Shown piece after piece: positions 37,769 through 47,425 of a stretch of DNA of 64,000 bases. Each line of letters begins with the position of its first letter. Position 1 is the stretch's first letter. Source of the DNA: an uncultured Nitrososphaerota archaeon (GTDB lineage Archaea > Thermoproteota > Nitrososphaeria > Nitrososphaerales > Gagatemarchaeaceae); assembly GCA_963838925.1 (NCBI GenBank), contig CAWISW010000001.1:32001-96000 (forward strand), read 5' to 3'. The notes beneath the pieces were generated by a model. The model was not told where the DNA came from, ran no database searches, and was given only the letters and a program-made list of their open reading frames with translations. Made by a program: the position numbers and the translations under genes.

Positions 37769-38482
37769 TTGCTCCGAGTCACGGACATCTCCTCAGGTTA
37801 CGGGAAGCTGCAGATACTCGACGGTGTGTCGTTGGAGGCCGAGCCCGGCAAGATCACGGTGATAGTCGGGCCGAACGGCTCGGGGAAGAGCACCCTCCTA
37901 AAGTCGATCTCGGGCATCGCCACGACGTTCCGGGGAACGGTGGAGCTGGACGGCAAGTCCCTCACCAACAAGTCGCCCACCGAGGTCGCCCGGGCGGGTG
38001 TGGCCTACCTCCCCCAGACAGAGAACGTCTTCACCAACCTATCGGTCGCCGAGAACCTCCGGCTCTCGGGCTACACGCTGAAGGCGGGCGACTACCCGGA
38101 GCGGCTCCGCAACTCCCTCGAGCTCTTCCCCCAGCTCTCCAAGTACCTCGGGACGAAGGCGTCGAACTTGAGCGGCGGGGAGAGGCAGATGGTCGCCATG
38201 GCCATGGCTCTCGTGAGGAGGCCCACCGTGATAATGTTCGACGAGCCCACGGCGAACCTCGCGCCGAAGATCGCCACCCAGGTGCTGGACACCGTCGCGA
38301 CGGTCACCAACGACATGAACCTGACGACCCTCCTGGTGGAGCAGAACGCGAGGCGGGCGCTGGAGATGGGCGACTACGCGTACCTGCTCGTCTCAGGAAA
38401 GACCGTTTTCTCGGGGACGTGCCGGGAGCTCCTCGACCACAAGGAGCTCGGGCGACTGTACCTGGGCCTCCAAGTCTCGTAG
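37769..38482 (+). CDS. livF: ABC ATPase LivF-like
   Basis: GPNGSGKST, LSGGERQM, FDEP, VEQN. Confidence 0.9.
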   Translation: MLRVTDISSGYGKLQILDGVSLEAEPGKITVIVGPNGSGKSTLLKSISGIATTFRGTVELDGKSLTNKSPTEVARAGVAYLPQTENVFTNLSVAENLRLSGYTLKAGDYPERLRNSLELFPQLSKYLGTKASNLSGGERQMVAMAMALVRRPTVIMFDEPTANLAPKIATQVLDTVATVTNDMNLTTLLVEQNARRALEMGDYAYLLVSGKTVFSGTCRELLDHKELGRLYLGLQVS

Positions 38483-38545
38483 CCCCCGCGTGAGCGACTT
38501 TTCCCCCGAATACAGTTAAATGCCTCTCGGCGAAGATGCGGCGGT

Positions 38546-39778
38546 TTGCGGAACCTTTGCATCGTGGGCCTCCAGTGGGGAGACGAAGGCAAAGGGAAGA
38601 TTGTAGACTACTACGCTGACAGGTTCCACTCCGTGGTCCGCTACAACGGCGGTAGCAACGCGGGCCACACCATCGTGATAGGGAAGCGGACCTACGTCTT
38701 CCACCTCCTTCCCTCGGGCCTCCTGAAGGGGAAGCGGCTCCTCATCGGGCCGGGCGTTGCAGTCGACCCCCAGACGCTGAAGGAGGAGGTCGAGATGATC
38801 AAGCGCGAGGGGCACAAGGCGAACCTCGTGGTCGACGGGAGGTGCACCATCGTCACCCCGCTCGAGAAGGAGATGGACTCGCTCATCGAGAAGCTCAGGG
38901 GGGACCGCGCCATAGGGACGACGAAGCGGGGCATAGGCCCATCATACGCTATGCGCGCGCTCCGACTGACTCCCAGGGCGGGTGACCTCGAGAGGGGCAC
39001 GTTCGACCTGACCTCCGCGCTCGCTTTCTACCGCACGTTCATGAAGAAGATCCCCGCGATGGAGGGCTGGACCGCCTCGGCGAAGTCGTCGCTGAAGGGC
39101 CTCGTCGGAGACGTGGGCGAGGAGATTATGGAGACGAACGAGGCCGGCCACTCCGTCCTCTTCGAGGGCGCCCAGGGGGTGCTCCTCGACCTCATTCACG
39201 GGACCTACCCGTACGTCACGGGAACGCACACCCTCGCCAGCTACGTGCCCGCCAGCCTCGGGATACCGACGACGTCCCTAGGGGACGTCATGGGGGTGGC
39301 CAAGGCCTACGCCACGCGCGTGGGCGAAGGGCCCTTCCCCACGGAGATACACGGGAAGCTGGAGACGCTCATCAGGGAGACCGGGAGGGAGTACGGCGCC
39401 ACGACCGGGAGGCCGAGGAGGGTGGGGTGGCTCGACCTCGTCGCCCTCAAGTACGCCGTCAAGATGAACGGGGTGACGACGCTCGCTCTCACCAAGCTGG
39501 ACATCCTGACGAAGCTCAAGGAGTTCAAGGTCTGCACCCACTACAACGTGCGCGGCACCGAGACCGACGAGTTCTCCCGCGCCCTCCCGGAGCTCGACTC
39601 TGTGAAGCCGGTCTACCTCGACCTCCCTCCGCTCTACGGCGCCGAGCTCACGACGGCGCGGCTGCACAGGCCGATGGAGAAGTTCGTCGAGTACCTCGAG
39701 GACGAGATGAAGGTGAGCGTAAGCATCGTCTCGATGGGAGAGGAGAGGACCGCCACGCACCAGCGCGCGGCCAACTAG
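38546..39778 (+). CDS. purA: Adenylosuccinate synthetase
   Basis: QWGDEGKGK, GGSNAGH, GTTKRGIGP, EGAQG, GATTGRPRRVGW. Confidence 0.96.
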   Translation: MRNLCIVGLQWGDEGKGKIVDYYADRFHSVVRYNGGSNAGHTIVIGKRTYVFHLLPSGLLKGKRLLIGPGVAVDPQTLKEEVEMIKREGHKANLVVDGRCTIVTPLEKEMDSLIEKLRGDRAIGTTKRGIGPSYAMRALRLTPRAGDLERGTFDLTSALAFYRTFMKKIPAMEGWTASAKSSLKGLVGDVGEEIMETNEAGHSVLFEGAQGVLLDLIHGTYPYVTGTHTLASYVPASLGIPTTSLGDVMGVAKAYATRVGEGPFPTEIHGKLETLIRETGREYGATTGRPRRVGWLDLVALKYAVKMNGVTTLALTKLDILTKLKEFKVCTHYNVRGTETDEFSRALPELDSVKPVYLDLPPLYGAELTTARLHRPMEKFVEYLEDEMKVSVSIVSMGEERTATHQRAAN

Positions 39779-39822
39779 CGCCGAAGGAAACTCTCTTAAC
39801 GGCCGGCTCTTCAAATCTCGGC

Positions 39823-42192
39823 GTGTCAAAGCGACCACGCCCACAGCGCGCGGCCACCCGAGAAGCATACAAGCCCGCGCTCCTCGTCGGCCAGCCTGTC
39901 AAGAGGGTCGAGGACAGGAAGTTCCTGACGGGCAAGGCGAACTACGCCGACGACATCAGGCTCGAAGGCATGCTGCACGCCATCTTTGTGCGGAGCCCGC
40001 ACGCCCACGCTCGCATCCTCCGGATCGACACCTCCGAGGCGCTCAAGCTCCCCGGCGTGGTCGCGGTCTTCACGGGCGCCGACCTCGAAGGCAAGGTGCG
40101 CCCGCTCTCCGAACCGGCTTCTCCGGGTGAATCCGAGGAGTGGGGCGCGAACACCTCGGGCACGGTGATGAAGGCCCTCGCCGTCGGGACTGCCAACTTC
40201 CCTGGGGAGGCAGTCGCCGTGGTGGTCGCCGAAGACCCCTACCTCGCAGAGGACGGGGCGGAGTCGGTCCAGGTCGAATACGAGGCCTTACCCGCCGTAA
40301 TGGACCCAGAGGCGGCGCTCGAGCGGGGCTCGCCCAAAGTCCACGACTACCTCGAGAGCAACCTCGCGTCCCACGACTCCGTGGAAGCCGGTGACGTCGT
40401 GAAGGCGTTCAAGAGGGCCGACGAGGTTGTGAAGGTCAAGCTGGTCAACCAGCGCCTGGCGCCCTCCCCGATGGAGACGAGGGGCGTGGTGGCGAGCTTC
40501 GACCAAGGCACCGAGGTGCTTACCGTGCACCTCTCCACCCAGGACCCTCACGGGGTGAGGGACGAGCTCGCCCGCCTCCTCTCTCTTGGCACGGAGAAGG
40601 TCAGAGTGATCGCGCCAGACGTCGGCGGAGCGTTCGGCGGGAAGGGCGGCCTCTATCCCGAAGATCCGGTGATCTCCCACGCCGCGCGGGTCCTCAATCG
40701 CCCGGTGAAGTGGGTCGAGTCGAGGAGAGAGAACCTCCTGTCGATGAGGCAGGGGAGAGGGCAGGTCCAACACGTGGAGCTCGCGATGTCGAGGGAGGGC
40801 AGGATACTCGGCCTCAAGGTCAGGCTCGTCGTGGACGGCGGCGCCTACGGCGGGGAGGCTGCCCTCGCGAAGATAACGATGGAGATGGGAACGGGAGTCT
40901 ATGACATCCCGAACTACCACGCCGAGGCGGACGTGGTGATGACCAACAAGGTCCCCATGGGGCCGTACCGCGGCGCGGGAAGGCCGGAGGCCGCTTATCT
41001 CATCGAGCGGTCGATCAACATCGCCTCTGCGAAGATGAAGCTCGACCCGGTAAAGGTGAGGCGGCTGAACTTCATCAAGAAGGAGAAGTTCCCCTTCACC
41101 ACCTCTGGCGGGAACACCTACGACAGCGGCGACTACCTCGCCAACCTGCAAAAGGCTCTCAAAGTCTCGGACTATGACGGGCTCCTGGCAGAGCGGGCAA
41201 AGGCGCGCAGCGAGGGGCGGCTGGTCGGGGTCGGGCTGGCGACGTGGGTGGAGATCTCCTCCTTCGGGCCAAGCTGGCCACAGTCGGCCTCGATGCTCGT
41301 CACCGAGGGAGGCAAGGTCGTCCTCAACCTTGGAGGGCACGTCCACGGGCAGGGGCACGAGACGACCTTCGCCCAGGTGGTGGCCGACGAGCTGGGCATC
41401 TCGATGGACGACGTCACAGTGAACGACGGGGACACAGCGATGCTCCCGTGGAGCAGCATCACCGCGGGGAGCAGGTCAGCCGCCCTCTCAGGGGGCGCCG
41501 CCGTCATGTGCGCCCGGAAGATCCGCGACAAGATGTCCTCGATCGCCGCCCGAAGGCTGGGCGCGCGCTCAAACTCGAAGATCGTGTTCAGCAAGGGGGC
41601 GATCTTCCGCGAGGACCAGCCGTCCAAGAAGCTCAGGTTCGCCGAGGTCGCGGAGATGGCCTACGGGATGTGGTCTCTCCCTCCCGGCATGGAGATGACC
41701 CTCTTCGCTTACTCCGTCTACGCTCCGAAGACGGACGCCTTCCCCTTCGGCACCCACGTCGCGATGGTCGAGGTCGACAGAGAAACGGGCGCGGTAAGGC
41801 TGCTAAAGTACTTCGCCGTCGATGACGCGGCGAAGATCATCAACCCTCTGGTGGTGCAAGGGCAGATCCACGGAGGCGTCGTCCAAGGGATCGGCCAGGC
41901 CCTGACGGAGTCGACCGTGTACGACGAAGAAGGGCAGCCCCTGGCAACCACTCTGGCAGACTACCTCCTGCCCTCCGCCGACATGCTCGTTGACGTCGTC
42001 TGGGACACCACCATGACGCCCACGGACGCGAACGTGCTGGGGGTCAAGGGGGTGGGGGAGGCAGGGACTACCGCCGCGACGCCGACGGTCGTGAACGCCG
42101 TTGAAGACGCCCTCTCTACGTTCGGGGTCGTGGTGGACAGGATGCCGGTCTCGCCGGCCTACGTGAAGGGCTTGATGGACGGGAGCGGCTAA
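39823..42192 (+). CDS. Xanthine oxidoreductase-family molybdopterin-binding large subunit (CoxL/CutA-like)
   Basis: RSPHAHA, VGGAFGGK, PYRGAGRPE, GQGHET, QIHGG, KGVGE; GTG 39823. Confidence 0.92.
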   Translation: MSKRPRPQRAATREAYKPALLVGQPVKRVEDRKFLTGKANYADDIRLEGMLHAIFVRSPHAHARILRIDTSEALKLPGVVAVFTGADLEGKVRPLSEPASPGESEEWGANTSGTVMKALAVGTANFPGEAVAVVVAEDPYLAEDGAESVQVEYEALPAVMDPEAALERGSPKVHDYLESNLASHDSVEAGDVVKAFKRADEVVKVKLVNQRLAPSPMETRGVVASFDQGTEVLTVHLSTQDPHGVRDELARLLSLGTEKVRVIAPDVGGAFGGKGGLYPEDPVISHAARVLNRPVKWVESRRENLLSMRQGRGQVQHVELAMSREGRILGLKVRLVVDGGAYGGEAALAKITMEMGTGVYDIPNYHAEADVVMTNKVPMGPYRGAGRPEAAYLIERSINIASAKMKLDPVKVRRLNFIKKEKFPFTTSGGNTYDSGDYLANLQKALKVSDYDGLLAERAKARSEGRLVGVGLATWVEISSFGPSWPQSASMLVTEGGKVVLNLGGHVHGQGHETTFAQVVADELGISMDDVTVNDGDTAMLPWSSITAGSRSAALSGGAAVMCARKIRDKMSSIAARRLGARSNSKIVFSKGAIFREDQPSKKLRFAEVAEMAYGMWSLPPGMEMTLFAYSVYAPKTDAFPFGTHVAMVEVDRETGAVRLLKYFAVDDAAKIINPLVVQGQIHGGVVQGIGQALTESTVYDEEGQPLATTLADYLLPSADMLVDVVWDTTMTPTDANVLGVKGVGEAGTTAATPTVVNAVEDALSTFGVVVDRMPVSPAYVKGLMDGSG

Positions 42193-42635
42193 GAAGAGGC
42201 TAGCTTCTCCTTCAGGGAACCGATTATCTCTGCGACGTATTTCTGCGCCGCGGCGTCGATGAGCCTTGAGCCCACGCTGGCCATCAGGCCGGCGATCTTC
42301 GCGTCCGCGGCCCACTTGACGAGAGTCCCGGCGCCCCCGGGGGCGTCCTCTATCGTGAACGTGTTCTCGAGCTCGACGGAGCTGCTCAACCCGTTCCCCT
42401 TCGCCTTCATCCTGGCGAAACTCGGCGGGGTCCTCTCGACTATCGTCATCTTGACGTCCATCATCCCCCTGATGAAGGAAATTCCGACCTTCGCCTTGAG
42501 CGTGAAGTTGCTTTCGTCGAGCACCTTGACGTCTTGGACGTCCGGGAAGATGGAGGTGATCCTCGCGGGGTCCATAACAAAGTCGTAGACCTTCTGCCTC
42601 GGAACGGGGACCTCGAAGGAGCCGTCGTAGTGCAT
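42189..42635 (-). CDS. coxG: CoxG / SRPBCC family protein
   Basis: VYDFVMDP...FP, IAGLMASVGSRLID; ATG 42635. Confidence 0.85.
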   Translation of the reverse strand: MHYDGSFEVPVPRQKVYDFVMDPARITSIFPDVQDVKVLDESNFTLKAKVGISFIRGMMDVKMTIVERTPPSFARMKAKGNGLSSSVELENTFTIEDAPGGAGTLVKWAADAKIAGLMASVGSRLIDAAAQKYVAEIIGSLKEKLASS

Positions 42636-42730
42636 GCTCTCGAACCTGGTCGAGCCCGACGCACACGGGGTTAAATCCTTTGGCGGCTCCGGGGCATGGC
42701 CGGCTAAATACGGCGTCCGACTCAACTCCT

Positions 42731-44383
42731 GTGAAGCTAGCGCGGTTCTCCGGGCCGGCCGAGCGGAGGAGGCGCGCCGGTCTCAGCTCCGTCTACGGGT
42801 TCATAATGATCTACCTCCTCGTGATCGCCTCGCTCCAGGCGATCTCGCTCTCCGTCTCGTCCAGCCAGGGCGCCGAGGCGGCGGCACAGCAGGCTGGGCA
42901 GGTGGAACAGATGAGGTCCCTCGAGCACCTCCGGGTAGGAATGGCGCGAGGCGGGAACGTCACCATCACCAACGACGGCCTGATACCCTCGAGCCTCTCG
43001 CTCCTCCTCCTCCAGAATTCCACGGCATCGAGGGAGCTGCCCATCGAGGACTCCCTCCCCGTCGGCGCGTCCATAGTCGTGGACTCCGGGTCGTTCCCGT
43101 CCACCGTCGCCGTGGTCACCGACCTCGAGGACGTCTTCGAATCAACCCAAGCCGGCGCCTCTCCGCCTGTCGGGGGCTTGAAGACCCTCGCCCCGGCGGT
43201 GGGCGGCCCCGGGGTGGACGCTCAGGTCTACCAGAACCCGAGCGACCCAACGCGCTTCTTCCTCGCGGCCGGCCCCTCCGCATTCGCGTACTCGGCAACG
43301 ACCGGAAATCAGCTCTGGTCCTTCGACGCCGGCGAGGGCGAGGTCACCGACGTCCTCCCTCTATCGGACGGCGGGGTCTACGTCTCTGACGGCTACTACG
43401 GCGACCAGTTCACGTCGAGCCTGTTCAGGCTCACGTCGTCCGGGACCTCGACCATGGCGTACTCCATGAGGCTCCTTCGCCTTTACACGACCGTCGAGGT
43501 CCAGTATCCCGACAACGACCAGGCGCCGTACCCTCTTGGCTCGCAGCCCGTCCAGAAGGGGGCTGACTCCCTCTACGCCTACTACGACGGATGGTTCTTC
43601 TCCTCTAGCGGCCCCTCGCAAGCGACAGTCCCGGCCGACACCTTCAACCTGGCCACCTCAGACGCCAGCCACCTCTTCCTGTACACGACCGGCGCCAACC
43701 CCGGCGGGTTCGGGTGCTCTCAGCCGCGCGGCAACGAGGCGACCATCTACGAGTACTCCGCTACGTCGCAGGGCGTGCAGCAGTCGTGGGGCACGCCCGT
43801 CTTCTTCAACGTGTGCGACCTCTACCCCGACGAGCTGATCGCTTCGTACGCGGGCTCGGGCCTGGTCGCCTCAATCTTCTCGGGGACCTACTGGTCCCAG
43901 CCGAGCTACTACGGGGGGCCATACCAAGGCTCAAACCCGTTCCTGGCCGTCCTCTCTTCCGCCTCGGGGGCCGTCATGAGGAGCGGGAACCTCGACTCGA
44001 GCGGCTACACGAGCGTCGCCACCGACGGCACGCGCGTCTTCCTCTCCATCCCCTCCTCCGACGAGGTGGAGGTGGTCAGCGCCTCGGGGAGCGGCGCAGG
44101 CACGTTCTACGACATAGGCATCCCTGCCTCGAGCCTCCTCTGGGCAGGAGGCTCGCTCTTCGCGGTCTCCGCGAGCCAGGTCAACGTCTACGACTCCTCG
44201 ATGGACCTCAAGAAGACGATCGACTTCTCCCCCCTGACGCTCTACTCGCTGACCAACTCGAAGCCACTCGAGACGCAGTTGGTCCAGCCCTCGTTCCTGG
44301 TGCTGAACTCCACGAGCTACGTCGCGCTCCTGAGGAACTCGACGGGCTACGGCACCCTCGCCGTGGGCGCCTACTCGCCCTGA
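42731..44383 (+). CDS. Exported protein with class III (pilin-type) signal peptide and Ser/Tyr/Gly-rich beta-propeller-like region
   Basis: RRRAG/LSSVYGFIMIYLLVI, VTITNDG, YSATTGNQLWSF. Confidence 0.7.
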   Translation: MKLARFSGPAERRRRAGLSSVYGFIMIYLLVIASLQAISLSVSSSQGAEAAAQQAGQVEQMRSLEHLRVGMARGGNVTITNDGLIPSSLSLLLLQNSTASRELPIEDSLPVGASIVVDSGSFPSTVAVVTDLEDVFESTQAGASPPVGGLKTLAPAVGGPGVDAQVYQNPSDPTRFFLAAGPSAFAYSATTGNQLWSFDAGEGEVTDVLPLSDGGVYVSDGYYGDQFTSSLFRLTSSGTSTMAYSMRLLRLYTTVEVQYPDNDQAPYPLGSQPVQKGADSLYAYYDGWFFSSSGPSQATVPADTFNLATSDASHLFLYTTGANPGGFGCSQPRGNEATIYEYSATSQGVQQSWGTPVFFNVCDLYPDELIASYAGSGLVASIFSGTYWSQPSYYGGPYQGSNPFLAVLSSASGAVMRSGNLDSSGYTSVATDGTRVFLSIPSSDEVEVVSASGSGAGTFYDIGIPASSLLWAGGSLFAVSASQVNVYDSSMDLKKTIDFSPLTLYSLTNSKPLETQLVQPSFLVLNSTSYVALLRNSTGYGTLAVGAYSP

Positions 44384-44397
44384 GCTCTCGGCCCGGT

Positions 44398-45471
44398 CTA
44401 CTTCTTGAAGACCCAGCTCAGGTTGGGCGGGTCCTTCCTGGAGCTGACCTTCTCGTTCATCGCGTGGACTATGAGCGGGAGCGCGAGCGTGGCGTCGCAA
44501 TACACGACGCTCCTCTTCGAGTCCGCCGCGATCTTCCCCCAGCTTATCGCCTCCTCGAGGGTGCACCCCGAGAGCCCTCCCCACTGGGGTGAGTCGGTCG
44601 TTATCTGGATGGCGTAGTCGTGGGGCGTCTCCTCGTCCCCTCCCTCCGCCAGGGACTTTATGATCGTGGCCAGCTGGATCGTGTCCTTGGGCACGCCTCC
44701 CCCGATGTAGACGACGCCCGTCCTCTTCGTCCTCTCGGCGATCTGCCCCAGCTCCTCCATGTCCTTGGTCTGGTCGAGCCTGATGAGCTTCCCCTCGCGC
44801 TTGAGGAGGCTGAGCGCCACGCCGTAGCCGCTGTCGATCAGCCCCGGAGAGTAGATCGGGACCTTGTTCCTCCAGGCCGCCGCGGTGATGCTCCTTATCC
44901 CCCTCTCGAACTGGTACTTGCCGAAGAGGTTCAGGAACTCCCTGGTGGAGTAGACCTCGCTCGCGTCGAGGGTGCCCGCGAACTTCTTGATCAGCCCCTC
45001 CAGCTCGCGGTAGTCGTACTCGTCCGCGTAGATGTCGTAGAACCTATCTATCTTGGCGTCGAGCAGCTCCTCGTCGTTCGCCATCCATGTCCCCTGGTAG
45101 TACTCGTGCCCCATCGCCTCGAAGATGTCCTCCGAGATGTTCGCGCCCGTGCTCACGAGGACGTCGATGTACCTGTTCTCGATGAGCCACCTGACTATCT
45201 TCCACTGCCCCGTGGTGCTCATCGAGCCCGCGTAGCCCATGAATATCGTGAGCCCCTTCTGCTGGACCATCTCCGCCCATATCCTCGCTGCCTCACCGAG
45301 CCTCTTCCCCTGGAAGCCCGTCTGGCTCATCGCGTCCAAGAGCTCGGAGACGCTCTTGGGGGTGACCTCGATAGCCTTCTCGGGGTTCCTGAGGTACTTC
45401 TTCGCCTTCTTGTCCCTAACGGCCCTGGCCGCCTCTCTTTGTCCCACGACGTCCCGTCGGGGCGACGGCAC
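44398..45471 (-). CDS. dys: Deoxyhypusine synthase family protein
   Basis: TGFQG, VSTGAN, IGGGVPK, GGLSGCTLEEAISWGK. Confidence 0.92.
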   Translation of the reverse strand: MPSPRRDVVGQREAARAVRDKKAKKYLRNPEKAIEVTPKSVSELLDAMSQTGFQGKRLGEAARIWAEMVQQKGLTIFMGYAGSMSTTGQWKIVRWLIENRYIDVLVSTGANISEDIFEAMGHEYYQGTWMANDEELLDAKIDRFYDIYADEYDYRELEGLIKKFAGTLDASEVYSTREFLNLFGKYQFERGIRSITAAAWRNKVPIYSPGLIDSGYGVALSLLKREGKLIRLDQTKDMEELGQIAERTKRTGVVYIGGGVPKDTIQLATIIKSLAEGGDEETPHDYAIQITTDSPQWGGLSGCTLEEAISWGKIAADSKRSVVYCDATLALPLIVHAMNEKVSSRKDPPNLSWVFKK

Positions 45472-45479
45472 TTAAATTA

Positions 45480-47264
45480 TCATTTCACAGTGACCGACTT
45501 CGCCAGGTTCCGGGGGTAGTCCGGGTCGTTCTTCCTCTCCGTGGCCATCGAGTACGCGAGCAACTGGAGGGGCACGACCTCGAGGACCGGCGCGATGCTC
45601 CCGTTGGAGGCCGGGATCTTCACGGTGTGCTTGAAGACTGGGTGGGGCTTCTGCGCGACCCCTATGATCTCGGCGCCCCTGGCCGCGAGCTCCTGGGCGT
45701 TCGAGATCGTGTCGTCGTACCCCGGGCCGTTGGGCGAGATGACCACAACCGGCGTCCCCTTCTCTATGAGCGCGAGCGTCCCGTGCTTCAGCTCGCTCGC
45801 GGGCATCCCCTCCGCGTGGATGTAGGACAGCTCCTTCAGCTTGAGCGCGCCCTCCTGCGCCACGGGGTAGTTCCCTCCCCTCGCGATGAAGTAAAAGTCC
45901 GGCCTGTCGCGGTAGATCTTGGCGAGCCTCTTCATCAGGGGCTCGGTGTCCAGCGCCCTCTCGACGAGCGTGCCCAGCCTCCGGGGGTCGCCGAGGGTGT
46001 CCCTCCCCGTCACCTTGTCGATTATCAGGTTCCCTACCATCACCTGGGCCGTGAAGCTCTTCGTCGCCGCCACCCCGACCTCAGGGCCGCAGTTCAGGAG
46101 TAGCACCTGGTCGCTCTGCCGCGCGAGCGAAGACCCCGCGGCGTTCACGATCGAGACTATCCCGCCGACCTTCTTCCTCCTCGCCATCTTCACCGCCTCC
46201 ATCACGTCCGCGGTCTCCCCGCTCTGGCTCAGCGCCACGACCACGGTCCCGTCGTCAATGAACGGCAGCTCCCTCTCAAAGTCCCCCGAGACGATGACCT
46301 CGCACCTCATCTTCGCCTCGGCGGCGAGCCTGATCCTCATGAGAAGCGCCGCGTGATAGGACGAGCCCGCCCCGGTCAGCACGACGGACCTCGCCTTCCT
46401 GAGCCTCTCCGCGATCGCGCCGACCTTGACGGGGTCCTGTGAGAGCGCGCTCTGGACCGTGGTCGGCTGCTCGTGGATCTCCTTCAGGGTATAGTGGGCG
46501 TAGTTCGCCTTCGAGAGGCTCCCCAGCTCCCACGCGAGCTGCGTCTCCTTCCTGCTCCTCGCAGGCATCTCCTTCCCCCTGAGGCTGAAGACCCGGAGCC
46601 CCTTCGCGGTCAGCTCGACCACCTCCTTGTTGTCGAGGAAGACGGCCCTGTCCGTTTGGGCGAGGAAGGCGAGCACGTCGCTCGCGAGGAACTTTGTGCG
46701 CTCGCCCATCCCGACCACCAGGGGTGCGTCGCACCTCGCCCCGATGAGGAGGTCTGGCCGGTCCTTGAAGAGCGCGACGAAGGCGTACTGCCCCCGCATG
46801 AGCTTGGCCGCGCCCAGGGTCGCCTTCACCGGGTCCTTGTTCTTCGCGTACTCCTCCTCAAGCACGTGCGCGATCACCTCGCTGTCCGTCTCGCTGGTGA
46901 ACGCGTGCCCCCTGGACTCGAGCTCCTTCTTCAGCTCCAGGTAGTTCTCGATTATCCCGTTGTGAACGATGGCGACCTCCCCCCCGCATGAGACCTGGGG
47001 GTGGGCGTTCCTCTGGGAGACCCCGCCGTGGGTCGCCCACCTCGTGTGGGCGATGCCGACCCGACCCCGAAGGCTCGCGACGTCGTACCTCTCGTCCAGG
47101 TGCTTCACCCTCCCGACGTCCTTCCTGACGACTATGGTGCCGTTGCCGTTGAGGACCGCGACGCCCGCAGAGTCGTACCCCCTGTACTCCTCGCGCTTGA
47201 GCCCCTCGAGCAAGAGAGGTGCTACCTCCTCCTCCGAGGAGACGGCCGCAATGATCCCGCACAT
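45480..47264 (-). CDS. glmS: Glutamine--fructose-6-phosphate transaminase
   Basis: MCGI, YRGYDSAG, HTRWATHG, SQSGET, PRNLAKSVTVK. Confidence 0.97.
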   Translation of the reverse strand: MCGIIAAVSSEEEVAPLLLEGLKREEYRGYDSAGVAVLNGNGTIVVRKDVGRVKHLDERYDVASLRGRVGIAHTRWATHGGVSQRNAHPQVSCGGEVAIVHNGIIENYLELKKELESRGHAFTSETDSEVIAHVLEEEYAKNKDPVKATLGAAKLMRGQYAFVALFKDRPDLLIGARCDAPLVVGMGERTKFLASDVLAFLAQTDRAVFLDNKEVVELTAKGLRVFSLRGKEMPARSRKETQLAWELGSLSKANYAHYTLKEIHEQPTTVQSALSQDPVKVGAIAERLRKARSVVLTGAGSSYHAALLMRIRLAAEAKMRCEVIVSGDFERELPFIDDGTVVVALSQSGETADVMEAVKMARRKKVGGIVSIVNAAGSSLARQSDQVLLLNCGPEVGVAATKSFTAQVMVGNLIIDKVTGRDTLGDPRRLGTLVERALDTEPLMKRLAKIYRDRPDFYFIARGGNYPVAQEGALKLKELSYIHAEGMPASELKHGTLALIEKGTPVVVISPNGPGYDDTISNAQELAARGAEIIGVAQKPHPVFKHTVKIPASNGSIAPVLEVVPLQLLAYSMATERKNDPDYPRNLAKSVTVK

Positions 47265-47425
47265 GTTGTGTTAAATGACCGGCGCTGCGCCGACTCGTAA
47301 TAAGCAGCACCCACTCCCCGGCACGAGTATGCAAGATCCGTTGTGCAGGCATCCCGAGGGCAGGACCGGCCTTTCGGCCCCACCATGCACATTTCTTTAA
47401 TAGTAGTGCAGAGGAGGAAACGCCC

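Noticed and set aside
39823-42192. Aerobic CO dehydrogenase (form I)
   Set aside because: Active-site loop is PYRGAGR, not AYxCSFR; no coxM/coxS adjacent
47265-47425. glmS ribozyme upstream of glmS
   Set aside because: No recognisable conserved core, and an AT-rich promoter-like element lies close to the start codon
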